This document shows, in pieces, positions 1 through 8,953 of a stretch of 64,000 nt of DNA. Position numbers and translations under genes: made by a program. Below the pieces are notes generated by a model. That model was not told the origin of the DNA, ran no database searches, and saw only the letters and a program-made list of their open reading frames with translations. This DNA is from a bacterium. GTDB lineage: Bacteria; Patescibacteriota; Saccharimonadia; CAILAD01; JADZBC01. The number at the start of each line of letters is the position of its first letter. Positions within the stretch are counted from its first letter, which is position 1. The DNA lies in the NCBI GenBank assembly GCA_020852295.1, contig JADZBC010000009.1, positions 7,081 through 71,080 on the forward strand, in the 5' to 3' direction.

Positions 1-1347
1 CGGATCGACGCGACGGAGGATGTCCCGGGCTCGCCGCTCCAGATCCTGCTCGGTCAGGACGTCGCCGTCCTCATCACCGTGCACCTGGACCCGGATCGTG
101 TTCAGCTGACCGTACGTGACGGTGTCGCTGGGCACGAAGCTGATGGCCTGGATGACCTGACTGCGGGTGCCCTTGGCGGTGAGCGGCGTCACGAAGTACA
201 TCCGCCCATCCTCCTGGCTCCGCAGGTTGTAGTCAGCCGGGTTCTCGGCATTGGCATCGATGTCCACCGGCTCGAAGCCGAAGGCATCGTTGTTGTGCCA
301 CTTGCGCCCTGCCGACCAGTTGACCATCTCACGCTGCTTGGTAGCCACGCTGATGGGGTACACCGGGCCGGGGATCTCACCCGATTCGACCGAACGCTTG
401 TACTCGATCACCGGCGAACCGGATTCCGAGCCACGCACCACGATGACACCAGCCGGCATCTCGATGCTGCGCGAACCGTTCCATCGGTCCATCTTGACCG
501 GCATCACGATCACCGGGTTGTCATCGGTGTCGCAGTAGCCGTAGACGTCGCTGAGGCTCCAGTACACGCTCGCGCCAACCTGTTCGCGGATGCGATCCGA
601 GAGGCTGTTGGCGAAGTTGCCGGTGATGGCCGCATCGAGGCGGTTCTTGCCCTCGAAGCGGCACTGGTGCACCTGCTCGGCGTCACCGCTCCACTCGACG
701 ATGCTGTCGATGTGGATCCGCTTGCCGTTGCCATCGCGGATGGCCGTCCACCTGCCGCCGCCCTCTCGGTCCGAGATGTAGGCGTAGGTGTCATCCAGGA
801 TGTCAGCCTTGGACGAGCCAGTGGCCCTCTCGCTCGTGATCCGTTGGGCGCCAGCCAGTGAGGCGGGGCGCTCTTCGAAGCCACTTGCGAGATAGCTGAT
901 GGGTACGCCGGCCACGACTCTGGCAGGACCGACATCGTGCCGCCCTTCGAGCAACCGAGCCAGGATGCGCGGGGGCGCATCCTTATCGGCATACTCGATC
1001 GAGACTGAACGCACGAACGGCGCGGCCTCGAGCTTGGAATCGGTCGTCATGGACGAGACGATCATGCCTATGCACACGACCACGGCGGCAACCGTGATCA
1101 ACACGCCAGGCACGGGGTTCTCATCCTCGTCGTACGACGCGAAAGCCGCAACGCCGTAGCAGATCGCCACCCAAACCAGGCTCAACACCTGGCCCGAGCG
1201 CGACATCGGCGAAACGGCAACCATGTAGGCGCGCCATGCGGAGAAGCCCGCCTGGTCCCACATGAGACCCGCGATGGCAGCGATGAGCCACCACACCAGG
1301 GCGAGGGCGGCCAAGCCGCCAAGCGCGATGAGGGTCGCGTAGCCCAT
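1..1347 (-). CDS. Partial CDS whose 3' end runs off the window start. Polytopic membrane protein with three N-terminal TM helices and a large soluble domain. GC is about 63-68%, far above the rest of the window.
   Basis: Manual minus-strand translation from the ATG at 1345-1347 (MGYATLIALGGLAALALVWWLIAAIAGLMW...) stays open to position 1, more than 445 aa, and reads like protein. Plus-strand ORF 79..861 is its antisense shadow. It is absent from the ORF track because there is no stop inside the window. Confidence 0.55.
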   Translation of the reverse strand, partial: MGYATLIALGGLAALALVWWLIAAIAGLMWDQAGFSAWRAYMVAVSPMSRSGQVLSLVWVAICYGVAAFASYDEDENPVPGVLITVAAVVVCIGMIVSSMTTDSKLEAAPFVRSVSIEYADKDAPPRILARLLEGRHDVGPARVVAGVPISYLASGFEERPASLAGAQRITSERATGSSKADILDDTYAYISDREGGGRWTAIRDGNGKRIHIDSIVEWSGDAEQVHQCRFEGKNRLDAAITGNFANSLSDRIREQVGASVYWSLSDVYGYCDTDDNPVIVMPVKMDRWNGSRSIEMPAGVIVVRGSESGSPVIEYKRSVESGEIPGPVYPISVATKQREMVNWSAGRKWHNNDAFGFEPVDIDANAENPADYNLRSQEDGRMYFVTPLTAKGTRSQVIQAISFVPSDTVTYGQLNTIRVQVHGDEDGDVLTEQDLERRARDILRRVDP

Positions 1348-1670
1348 CTTCTTCAACACGAAGTTCTCCTCTTGGGAAGGTTCTCGCAACGAGTCAGTCG
1401 TTGCCACTGTTTGAGATAGATCCTTGCAGACCACCTCACCCTCACTACCCTTTGCAAAGGTGATGTAACCTGATCAAAAATGATAATTACAATATCATTT
1501 TTTGTATATCTTGTCAATACTCTTTTGGTTGTGACAGACAGGCGGTGAAACCTGCTGTCACTCTTTTGAGCGGTCCCGTTTTCCGCTCATCACTCTGTTC
1601 GTTATATCACTCGTGTACAGCGCTTGATGAGAGGAAGACACTTCTGTGTCAGGACCTGTGCTTTTTTGGT

Positions 1671-1693
1671 AAAAAAAATCCGCTGGCCGCGGA
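1671..1693 (-). terminator. Candidate rho-independent terminator on the minus strand, downstream of the nucleotidyltransferase-domain gene.
   Basis: Plus-strand A8 run at 1671-1678 followed by hairpin tccgc-tggcc-gcgga at 1679-1693. Read on the minus strand this is a hairpin followed by a T8 run. Confidence 0.4.
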
Positions 1694-1784
1694 CCTCGTA
1701 GGCTTGGTCTTTGGCGAAACGGGAATTTCGATACCTATAGCTTATTAAATTGTGAGAACATTATAGGGCAATGTAGCAGACTTG

Positions 1785-2654
1785 TCAAGCCCCCTGCTCT
1801 GATCTGATTTTTTTGTATCGCTCGGCTATCTCGGTGGTACGATCGAGGGCATGAAGATTGATGATATCAGGGCGAATCCGAACAAACGCGCGCTCAGTAT
1901 GATTCTTTGGCTGGCGAGAAGTATGCTTGAGATGACGACGGTAGCCAATGTCATCAAGCCAATCAAACACTCGCCAACCACCGCGAAAGATTCGCAATGG
2001 GTGATGCGGCCACGGATAGTTTGGTAGCTTCTCCTGATAATAGCCGCTCTTTCGCAGCAGGCCATGCCACACATCGGCGCCATATACCGGCTTGGCTAGT
2101 GCATAACGCCAGAGCAGATCGGGCTCATTGGTTTTCATGATGTCACGCTCCCACTTCACACCAACCGTCGTCAGGAACATACCGAGGCTAAAGCGCGCGG
2201 CTTTGTCCTTCTGGGTCTCGAGCTGCTTGAGAAGCTTGAGGCCATACATGAGAATACCCTTACTCAAAAAGATACGGCGCGGCGTCGTCACGACCAACAG
2301 ATCGATATCGCTGTTTTTGTTGGGGTTACCGATGCTCACACTGTTGACCACCACGATCGCCTTCACCGCCGGGATGAGCCGCATCAGATAACTCCAGCGC
2401 TGCGCCTTGACCAGGAGCCGGTCAACGATAGTATTTTGGCGCTTCATGTTGTGGTACTTGATCCCTGGCAAACCCCAGTATTCTTTCTGGATACGCACCA
2501 CATGGCCCTTGGCGACGAGCTTCTGTAATTCATCCTTAACCGCCAGATGGCTGGTGCGCACACGGATATACTCGAGGAGCTGCTCCTCGGTCACAGGCAG
2601 CTGCATGACAGCCATGTAGCTCAAAAAGTCCAGGATAGCAGCTCGTAGCCGCAT
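1785..2654 (-). CDS. Nucleotidyltransferase-fold (Pol-beta superfamily) domain protein, co-oriented and adjacent to the phosphohexomutase gene.
   Basis: Complete 289-aa ORF. It carries the motif VVVNSVSIGNPNKNSDIDLLVVT, which resembles the G[SG]...D.D nucleotidyltransferase signature. There is a 4-nt gap to the upstream gene. Confidence 0.55.
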   Translation of the reverse strand: MRLRAAILDFLSYMAVMQLPVTEEQLLEYIRVRTSHLAVKDELQKLVAKGHVVRIQKEYWGLPGIKYHNMKRQNTIVDRLLVKAQRWSYLMRLIPAVKAIVVVNSVSIGNPNKNSDIDLLVVTTPRRIFLSKGILMYGLKLLKQLETQKDKAARFSLGMFLTTVGVKWERDIMKTNEPDLLWRYALAKPVYGADVWHGLLRKSGYYQEKLPNYPWPHHPLRIFRGGWRVFDWLDDIGYRRHLKHTSRQPKNHTERAFVRIRPDIINLHALDRTTEIAERYKKIRSEQGA

Positions 2655-2657
2655 GGC

Positions 2658-3995
2658 TTAGCCCCGAATGAGTTTGAGTAGTTCTTCGGTTTTTTGCTTC
2701 ACGACAGAAGCATCTTCGCTCTCGACATTGAGCCGGATAACCGGCTCAGTGTTGCTGGCACGCACGTTGAACCACCAGTCTTTGTACTCAACCGTAAGGC
2801 CGTCGAGTTCATCTTGCTGGCCATCCAAGTACTTGGCCTTGAGTGCCTCGAGCACTTTTTGGGCGTCCGCCACCTCTGAGTTGATCTCACCCGACTGGGT
2901 ATAGCGACGACGAAAAGGCGTAAATTGCTCGGAGGCCGGCAGGTCTTTTTGGCCCAAGATATGAAAAGCCTTGAGTGCGGCCACCAGGCCACTGTCGGCT
3001 CGGTAGTTGTCTGCGAAGTAAAAATGCCCTGAGTGCTCAGCGGCAAACACCGCTCCCGTCTCTTTCATCTTAGCCTTGATAAAGCTGTGGCCCACCTTGG
3101 TTTTGATCGCCGTTCCACCCAGTGCCGAGATCGTATCAGGTACGATGTGTGAGCAGATCGCGTTGTAGAGTATGGTTGCGCCCGGGTGCAGCTCGAGCAT
3201 CTCGCGAGCGATCAGCGCCCCGAGTACGCTGCCCGTAACCACTTCACCCTTTTCATCAACCAAGAATGCTCGATCGCCATCGCCATCAAAGGCCACGCCG
3301 ATCTGGAGGCCTTTGCCCTGAACCAATTTCTGCAAGTCGGCCAAATTTTCTTCCACGAGCGGATTGGCTGGGTGATTCGGGAAATTGCCATCTGGGTCCA
3401 GGTAGAGGCCTTCGATCTCTAGCGGCGATTCGGCCACGAGCCGTTCAATGACTGGGCCCGCCATGCCATTGCCCGCATCGGCGCCCACCTTGAGTGGCTT
3501 GAGCTCACCAGCAAGCTCCAGCGTGTGCTGCACCCACTCATCCATGATGTCTTTGCTGGTGACACCCCCCTGCTCACTCGAGGGCTTGAAGGTGTCGCCC
3601 GCAACATTATCGCGAATTTGAGCAAGGCCCGACTCAATACCAATCGGTGCCACTCCCTGGCCAGTCAGCTTGATGCCGTTGTATTCCCCTGGGTTATGAC
3701 TTGCCGTGATCATGGCTCCGCCGGCCAGATCGTACTTACCGACTGCGTAATAAATCATGTCACTAGCTACCTGTCCGATATCCATCACTTCCCTGCCCTG
3801 CTTGGTCAGCCCGGCTATCATCGCGGCCGCCAGCTGTGAGCTGTCATTGCGCATGTCATGACCAACGGCGACAACTCCTTTAGGTAGATAGTCGGCCAAT
3901 GCTCGACCAACTGCTTCGACCACTTCTGGTGTGAGCTCAGTCCCTACTTTGCCGCGGATATCGTAGGCTTTAAATATGTCTGTAGCGAACTTCAT
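2658..3995 (-). CDS. Phosphomannomutase/phosphoglucomutase (alpha-D-phosphohexomutase family).
   Basis: 445 aa. Active-site TASHNP(GEYNG) motif, metal-binding loop GVAFDGDGDR, and a sugar-binding region with GHSFIK/EHSGHF. Confidence 0.9.
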   Translation of the reverse strand: MKFATDIFKAYDIRGKVGTELTPEVVEAVGRALADYLPKGVVAVGHDMRNDSSQLAAAMIAGLTKQGREVMDIGQVASDMIYYAVGKYDLAGGAMITASHNPGEYNGIKLTGQGVAPIGIESGLAQIRDNVAGDTFKPSSEQGGVTSKDIMDEWVQHTLELAGELKPLKVGADAGNGMAGPVIERLVAESPLEIEGLYLDPDGNFPNHPANPLVEENLADLQKLVQGKGLQIGVAFDGDGDRAFLVDEKGEVVTGSVLGALIAREMLELHPGATILYNAICSHIVPDTISALGGTAIKTKVGHSFIKAKMKETGAVFAAEHSGHFYFADNYRADSGLVAALKAFHILGQKDLPASEQFTPFRRRYTQSGEINSEVADAQKVLEALKAKYLDGQQDELDGLTVEYKDWWFNVRASNTEPVIRLNVESEDASVVKQKTEELLKLIRG

Positions 3996-4118
3996 ATATG
4001 TATCGTAATACAGTTAGCTATCCATGAGAACACAAACCGGCACAAAATATTACTATATAGCCAAGTTGACGCACCCAACCCTATTGGCCATAATTTTAAG
4101 CATAATCGAGGTATCAAT

Positions 4119-5087
4119 ATGCCAGAACCAATCCCTGGACAATCGCCAGAGCAGTCACCAAGTGAGTTTGTTGATCCTGTTTTGCCCGAACAGACAGATC
4201 AAGTCGAAGCAATCTCACCCGAAGAACTCGCAGTCCTTAAGCAGTACGAAAGCTATACCGGTGTCTGCGATGTAATTAGCGCAGACGAAGCCAGGGCGAT
4301 GGCCGACGAGCTTCGTGAGCACCGCAAAAACCCAAATAGAAAAGTGATGATTGGCGTAATGACACACCCGATAGTTTTAGACCTAGACAAGCCTGTGCCT
4401 GAAGCAGTACGAAAAGGGATCAGCGAAGTCTTCCCTACTCGAGAACAGATAGCCCTTGGTTTTACTGATGACCCGGATGTCCTCAATACAATCCACTACG
4501 CTGACCTATACGGACCCGAGGGGCCCTGGAAGAGTGGGCAATCCCCAGATATCCTCAGGCATCTAGAAATGTGCGTCGAGTACGGTGGAGAAAACCTGCA
4601 CGCAATACAGCTTGATGTTACCTGGCCAAACGTCGAGGACATTAAGGCATTTAAGCAAAAGCACCCCGATATTCTCATAGTACTTCAGGTTGGAGTGTTC
4701 TCTTTTCGGGAAGCCAACAATGACCCTCAGCAAGTGCTAGATAATATTCGCCAATACGGAGACTCTATCGACTATGCGCTCCTCGACACCAGTATGGGCA
4801 AGGGTAAGGGCATGGATAGCGAGAGCCTACTCGAAATGCTGCGCCTACTCCAGTCAGAAATGCCAGATCTGGGCTTGGCGGTAGCTGGCGGTCTAGGGCC
4901 AGACTCACTCGACATTCTCCAGCCAATTGCCGATGAATTTCCGGACATTGCCATCGACGCCCAGGGCAGATTAAAACCCGAAGACAGCCCGAGAGACTCA
5001 GAAGGTCACCTGGTTGCAACAATTCCGGCCGACCTCAATCGCGCCAAGGAGTACATTAGCAAGAGCTGCGAGATGCTCGACCACTAA
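4119..5087 (+). CDS. Hypothetical protein with an acidic, proline-rich N-terminus and a C-terminal region resembling a phosphoribosylanthranilate-isomerase (TrpF)-like TIM barrel.
   Basis: 322 aa. ALLDTSMGKGKGMD ... LGLAVAGGLGPDSL parallels the TrpF pattern (V)LD..GGSG..FDW ... LAGGLGADN. This is fold-level resemblance only. Confidence 0.4.
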   Translation: MPEPIPGQSPEQSPSEFVDPVLPEQTDQVEAISPEELAVLKQYESYTGVCDVISADEARAMADELREHRKNPNRKVMIGVMTHPIVLDLDKPVPEAVRKGISEVFPTREQIALGFTDDPDVLNTIHYADLYGPEGPWKSGQSPDILRHLEMCVEYGGENLHAIQLDVTWPNVEDIKAFKQKHPDILIVLQVGVFSFREANNDPQQVLDNIRQYGDSIDYALLDTSMGKGKGMDSESLLEMLRLLQSEMPDLGLAVAGGLGPDSLDILQPIADEFPDIAIDAQGRLKPEDSPRDSEGHLVATIPADLNRAKEYISKSCEMLDH

Positions 5088-5128
5088 CGTTAACTAGAAC
5101 ATTATTCAATTAATCATTAAGGAAACCT

Positions 5129-5308
5129 ATGCAAGACCAGCAAAACAACACTCAGGCAGACGATCAGGCTGTCACAAATGAACCAACCACCACATCACCA
5201 GCGCCCGACGCACCCGTAAGTGACGACACTACCTCGACCAAACCAGAAACTCCAGTCGTTGCGGGCACTGAGCAGAAACCGAAACCACCAAAAATCACCT
5301 GGATCTAG
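5129..5308 (+). CDS. Small acidic, Thr/Pro-rich ORF of 59 aa. It falls below the ORF-track length cutoff.
   Basis: ATG preceded by AAGGAAACCT. The ORF MQDQQNNTQADDQAVTNEPTTTSPAPDAPVSDDTTSTKPETPVVAGTEQKPKPPKITWI is low-complexity and weakly supported. Confidence 0.25.
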   Translation: MQDQQNNTQADDQAVTNEPTTTSPAPDAPVSDDTTSTKPETPVVAGTEQKPKPPKITWI

Positions 5309-5323
5309 ACGGCTCTAGTTCTG

Positions 5324-6820
5324 CTATGATTCTATTTGTGCAACCATGACGAGCACTGCAAGCTCTATGGCAGCACGACGCTGCTGTTCGTAATTTCCCA
5401 TTGTGACCGTAAGTTTGGCCGACTCTAAGCTATTGTCTTTGTATTGGTATAGCTCGTTGCTTCGCTTGAGAAGCTGTACACGATTGAGCATCGGAAAATA
5501 ATCGCCGTCATAGCGCTCACCGAACAGTTTCATCGACCACTGAGCACCGATTGCGATTTTTACATCTGTACTAATGCCCTTTTCTGCGGCAATTTGCGTA
5601 TCGATAATATATTTGACGAGAAGCGCAATAGAGCCCTGAAAGCCTATGTCAAAGACCACGACTTTTTTCTTGTCTGTCTTCAGGTGGGCTCGAACATATT
5701 CGGCAAGGCCATCGATCACACCCGCAAATTTTGGGTTTACATGCCCAAATAAATCCATTAGCCTCGAAAACTCAGCATAAAATTCGGCAAAATCATCCGG
5801 ATATCGTAAGTGTGCATTGTAAAGCGCATCGAGCATCCCAGAATAATATCCCCAAGCGCCAGGCATATGGCTGAGTAATTTTCGACCGATTAATACCTGG
5901 TCGCTCGATGTCGTTTTGCCGCTGAGCATATCAAGGGTTTTTTGTGCCTCATGAAAGATAATGCAGTCGCGGAGCAGATATAGAGTATAACTATCGTCTT
6001 GCCGTCGCTTCTTGACGGTATCCAAGACAAATGAGGCGATCTTGATGACATCCTCTATATCGATAATAGGGCTGCCATTCCAGCGTTCGAGCTCGTCAAT
6101 CGAAATAGGGTTCTTGAGCAGCCAGTCAATCTGCTTGAGCGAATAGTTCAGATACTCATCTGGATCGGTTTCTTGCAGGGGATATTCGAAAAAATCGTCG
6201 TTTAGTTTGCCTACATAGTCCTTGTGTGTCCATCTCGACAGAATATTGTCATGCCAAGTATCCTGGTATGATCCGTTTAGTTGCTGAGTTAGATTGGCAT
6301 CCTGGATGGGCTGTTTGTTTGGCAGAAGATCAAAGGCAGTGGCTTTATCAACTTCAAACCACTGCTCGAAGCGATTGCGATAATATAGCTTATCGTCTAG
6401 AACGGTGTAAATATTGATACCAATTTCATACTGGCCACCCTTGCCTTTAAGCCATTTTGCAAAGCTCTGATCATAAAGGTGCTGCAAAATATGCTTATCT
6501 TCAAAGTGCTCCGCAAAAAAAGCCTCCCAGGTTGTGCCAAAAGTCGGAAATCCAGCGTCCTCTACAATAAGTTTGATCCAGTCCTGGATATTAAAGATGT
6601 GGCGGCAGACGTAGTACAAGTAATCGTCGTCACAACTTCTAAGCTTGTTCTGAATATCTTGGATATCGCGTAATAGATACTGACTAAAAAGCTTAAAATC
6701 CGTAGTGGTGGTCCAGTCCATATTGACCTTGTCCCCAGTCATGAGCTTCTCGAGGTTTTCGAAAAGATAAATCAGATCCGAATCGTCGTGCTGTGTGCTT
6801 GCTTGATGAGACATAAGCAT
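5324..6820 (-). CDS. Large hypothetical cytoplasmic protein (498 aa), AT-rich relative to its neighbours, located upstream of two FemAB genes.
   Basis: Long complete ORF with no TM helices. The KKVVVFDIGFQGSIALL segment is the only motif-like element, and no family could be assigned. Confidence 0.55.
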   Translation of the reverse strand: MLMSHQASTQHDDSDLIYLFENLEKLMTGDKVNMDWTTTTDFKLFSQYLLRDIQDIQNKLRSCDDDYLYYVCRHIFNIQDWIKLIVEDAGFPTFGTTWEAFFAEHFEDKHILQHLYDQSFAKWLKGKGGQYEIGINIYTVLDDKLYYRNRFEQWFEVDKATAFDLLPNKQPIQDANLTQQLNGSYQDTWHDNILSRWTHKDYVGKLNDDFFEYPLQETDPDEYLNYSLKQIDWLLKNPISIDELERWNGSPIIDIEDVIKIASFVLDTVKKRRQDDSYTLYLLRDCIIFHEAQKTLDMLSGKTTSSDQVLIGRKLLSHMPGAWGYYSGMLDALYNAHLRYPDDFAEFYAEFSRLMDLFGHVNPKFAGVIDGLAEYVRAHLKTDKKKVVVFDIGFQGSIALLVKYIIDTQIAAEKGISTDVKIAIGAQWSMKLFGERYDGDYFPMLNRVQLLKRSNELYQYKDNSLESAKLTVTMGNYEQQRRAAIELAVLVMVAQIES

Positions 6821-6895
6821 ATTGTGAAGGATATGTTAGGATTCAGCAATCCCGTTGCATCCTAGAATGAATTGAGCTACAAAGTCACGTAGCCA

Positions 6896-7939
6896 TTAGT
6901 ACCAAAGATTGTGCTTGCGACGAGTATTGACCGCCAACGTTGCTCGCTCGAGCCCTCCGGTCCAAAGCTGATACTTACGATCATTGAGCGGCACATCGAG
7001 TGTGCCGGCAAACTCGGTAATATGCTCATTGAAGCCCGATTTGAACTGATACAGGCTATGTAGCGGATGACTGCCATCGAGCGCATCGCGCGTCGGTGAG
7101 CCAAGTAAGTCGTAGCTCTCTGCCCCACGCTCCTTGGCCCAGCGCATAATCTCCCACTGCATCAGGTGTGGCGCCATGAGTTCGCGCTTATTTCGAGTCG
7201 AACCGCCATCCTTGTACCAGGCGTGCTTGCCCATCTGGATGATAAATGCAGCAGCAATTGGCTCACCCTCGTGCTCGGCTACAAAAAACTGACCGTGTCC
7301 TGAATCCGTCAGAATCCGCCAATACTCCTCAAAGTAACTGCGCGCCGGAAAAAAGAAATGTGCTCGTTCGTGTACCGAAGTAATCAGGTTGTACACGATA
7401 TCAATATTTTGCGGGGTTGGGTCAACTGGCTTAACCGCCACACCCTTGCGCGCCGAAAGACGAATATTATAGCGCGCCTTTTGCTTAAATCCCGCCAGGA
7501 TCTCCTCCTCGCTCGGGCGCAGATCTACCATGATTGTGGCTTTGAGCTGCACATTGCGCGCTGGTTTGACTATCTTGTGTGTAGCAGCTCGCTTCAAATC
7601 AACATCATCAACATCAAGTTCTGGCTCTACCTTGAGCAAAAATGCCTTGGGCTTGCTCGCTACCAGCGCATCGACCACCTCATACAGGTCGTGTTGGCTC
7701 GTTACCCCTGGTCCTTTGCTGATATACCAGATTGTGCCAAGGCCGCGCACTGAGCGCTGGTACACAAGTATCGCCACCTTGAGGCCTTTGTGTTCGTACA
7801 CCTTGTAGAGTGGCTTCCAGCCGAGTGAGAGCTTAAACTCAGCCCACTCACGACTCTGCAAAAAATGCCCGCCGTCGGGATTAGCCTCAATCAGTTTGTC
7901 CCATTGAGCAATCTCTTGGTCGGTGGCTTCTCGTATCAT
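6896..7939 (-). CDS. FemAB-family peptidoglycan interpeptide-bridge aminoacyltransferase, paralog 1.
   Basis: 347 aa. N-terminal ...GHFLQSREWAEFK... and C-terminal ...LMQWEIMRWAKERGAESYDLLG... are characteristic of FemX/FemAB acyltransferases. It overlaps the next fem gene by 4 nt. Confidence 0.8.
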   Translation of the reverse strand: MIREATDQEIAQWDKLIEANPDGGHFLQSREWAEFKLSLGWKPLYKVYEHKGLKVAILVYQRSVRGLGTIWYISKGPGVTSQHDLYEVVDALVASKPKAFLLKVEPELDVDDVDLKRAATHKIVKPARNVQLKATIMVDLRPSEEEILAGFKQKARYNIRLSARKGVAVKPVDPTPQNIDIVYNLITSVHERAHFFFPARSYFEEYWRILTDSGHGQFFVAEHEGEPIAAAFIIQMGKHAWYKDGGSTRNKRELMAPHLMQWEIMRWAKERGAESYDLLGSPTRDALDGSHPLHSLYQFKSGFNEHITEFAGTLDVPLNDRKYQLWTGGLERATLAVNTRRKHNLWY

Positions 7940-8898
7940 ACGCGTCGAATCCTTTTAGCTAGTTTATACAATCGATAGCTACTTTGGCGAACTGGCACCT
8001 CCCATGTCCCTACCCGCGTGAGCATCTTGCCACCAAAGGCTTTCTTAAACTTCGTAAAGCCCGCCCAGGGGTGTGCCGGGTCATCACTGGGTGTAACTCC
8101 CCAGAAGTCAAACCGGGTAAAGCCCTGCGCCTTAGCGTCGAGTATCATATGCCAGACGAGCGGCATGGCGGCGCTAAGCTTGCGGTTTTGTGCCTGAAAT
8201 GCTCCGGCGTGAGCGTAATAGCGTGTTTTGTTCCAGTCAAAGACGAGTGCCGAAGCAATCGGCTCACCCTCGTGCTTGGCGATAAATAGCTTGGCAGCAT
8301 CACGCTTACCGAGCACTTTAAGCATAGTGCGATAGTAGTCATCCTCGTGGGCACTAAATCGACCCTTAGTTGTGTCGTGCATCATCTTGAGAAATAGCTC
8401 CACGTCGCTGTCTTTCTTGGATTCCGCAAAGCGTAAACCCTTGCGACTGGCCGAATTGACACCATAACGATGCCCAGCGCTCAATCCACTACGCAGCACT
8501 TCCTCGCTTGGACTTATGTCTAGCACCCAAGGGTACTTTGGCTCCACTGGCGCAACTTCTCGCGCGCCAAGCTCCATAAGATCTTGCTCCGACACATCAC
8601 CCAGTGGCTCGATCCGCACAAAAGTGCAGCCCAATTCATCGGCCTTTGTATACAAACTTTGTAGCGCCTGAGTAAGATTTTTTGGCTCGGCAATGGTCGG
8701 CCCGCACTGAACAAATAGGTACTTCAGCCGACGCACATTGCGCACACTGGCAAGATAGCTCCAACCTGGACCAGCGTCAAAAACCACTTCATTGCCAACC
8801 GATTGCTGAAATGCCGCCCAGTGCGAGCTCTGCAAAAAGTGCCCATTTTGATCAATGAGCCGCTCATCCCAATCTTTTGGCAACGTGGAGTTTGGCAT
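7936..8898 (-). CDS. FemAB-family peptidoglycan interpeptide-bridge aminoacyltransferase, paralog 2.
   Basis: 320 aa, with the same GHFLQSSHWAAFQ and LVWHMILDAKAQGFTRFDFWG motifs. It lies in tandem with paralog 1. Confidence 0.8.
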   Translation of the reverse strand: MPNSTLPKDWDERLIDQNGHFLQSSHWAAFQQSVGNEVVFDAGPGWSYLASVRNVRRLKYLFVQCGPTIAEPKNLTQALQSLYTKADELGCTFVRIEPLGDVSEQDLMELGAREVAPVEPKYPWVLDISPSEEVLRSGLSAGHRYGVNSASRKGLRFAESKKDSDVELFLKMMHDTTKGRFSAHEDDYYRTMLKVLGKRDAAKLFIAKHEGEPIASALVFDWNKTRYYAHAGAFQAQNRKLSAAMPLVWHMILDAKAQGFTRFDFWGVTPSDDPAHPWAGFTKFKKAFGGKMLTRVGTWEVPVRQSSYRLYKLAKRIRRV

Positions 8899-8953
8899 AT
8901 CTTTATTCTACCAAGGTTTGAGCTTGATCGCGCCTATCTATATACTAGAGGCC

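Noticed and set aside
79-992. Track ORFs 79..861 (+), 189..380 (-), 251..538 (+), 510..992 (-) and 899..1159 (+) in the high-GC block
   Set aside because: All are antisense or off-frame shadows of the long minus-strand membrane-protein gene at 1..1347. High GC suppresses stops in every frame. Only the minus-strand frame starting at 1347 gives a coherent TM-plus-domain protein.
1545-1748. Track ORF 1545..1748 (+) in the AT-rich spacer
   Set aside because: It is a short, compositionally atypical ORF with no RBS. The region instead holds hairpins consistent with terminators between convergently or divergently arranged genes.
8855-8953. Longer tsaD start at 8855 from the ORF track
   Set aside because: It would overlap the divergent FemAB gene end by 44 nt and adds a non-conserved hydrophobic leader. 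The conserved Kae1/TsaD N-terminus begins at MKILAIESSCDE (8954).
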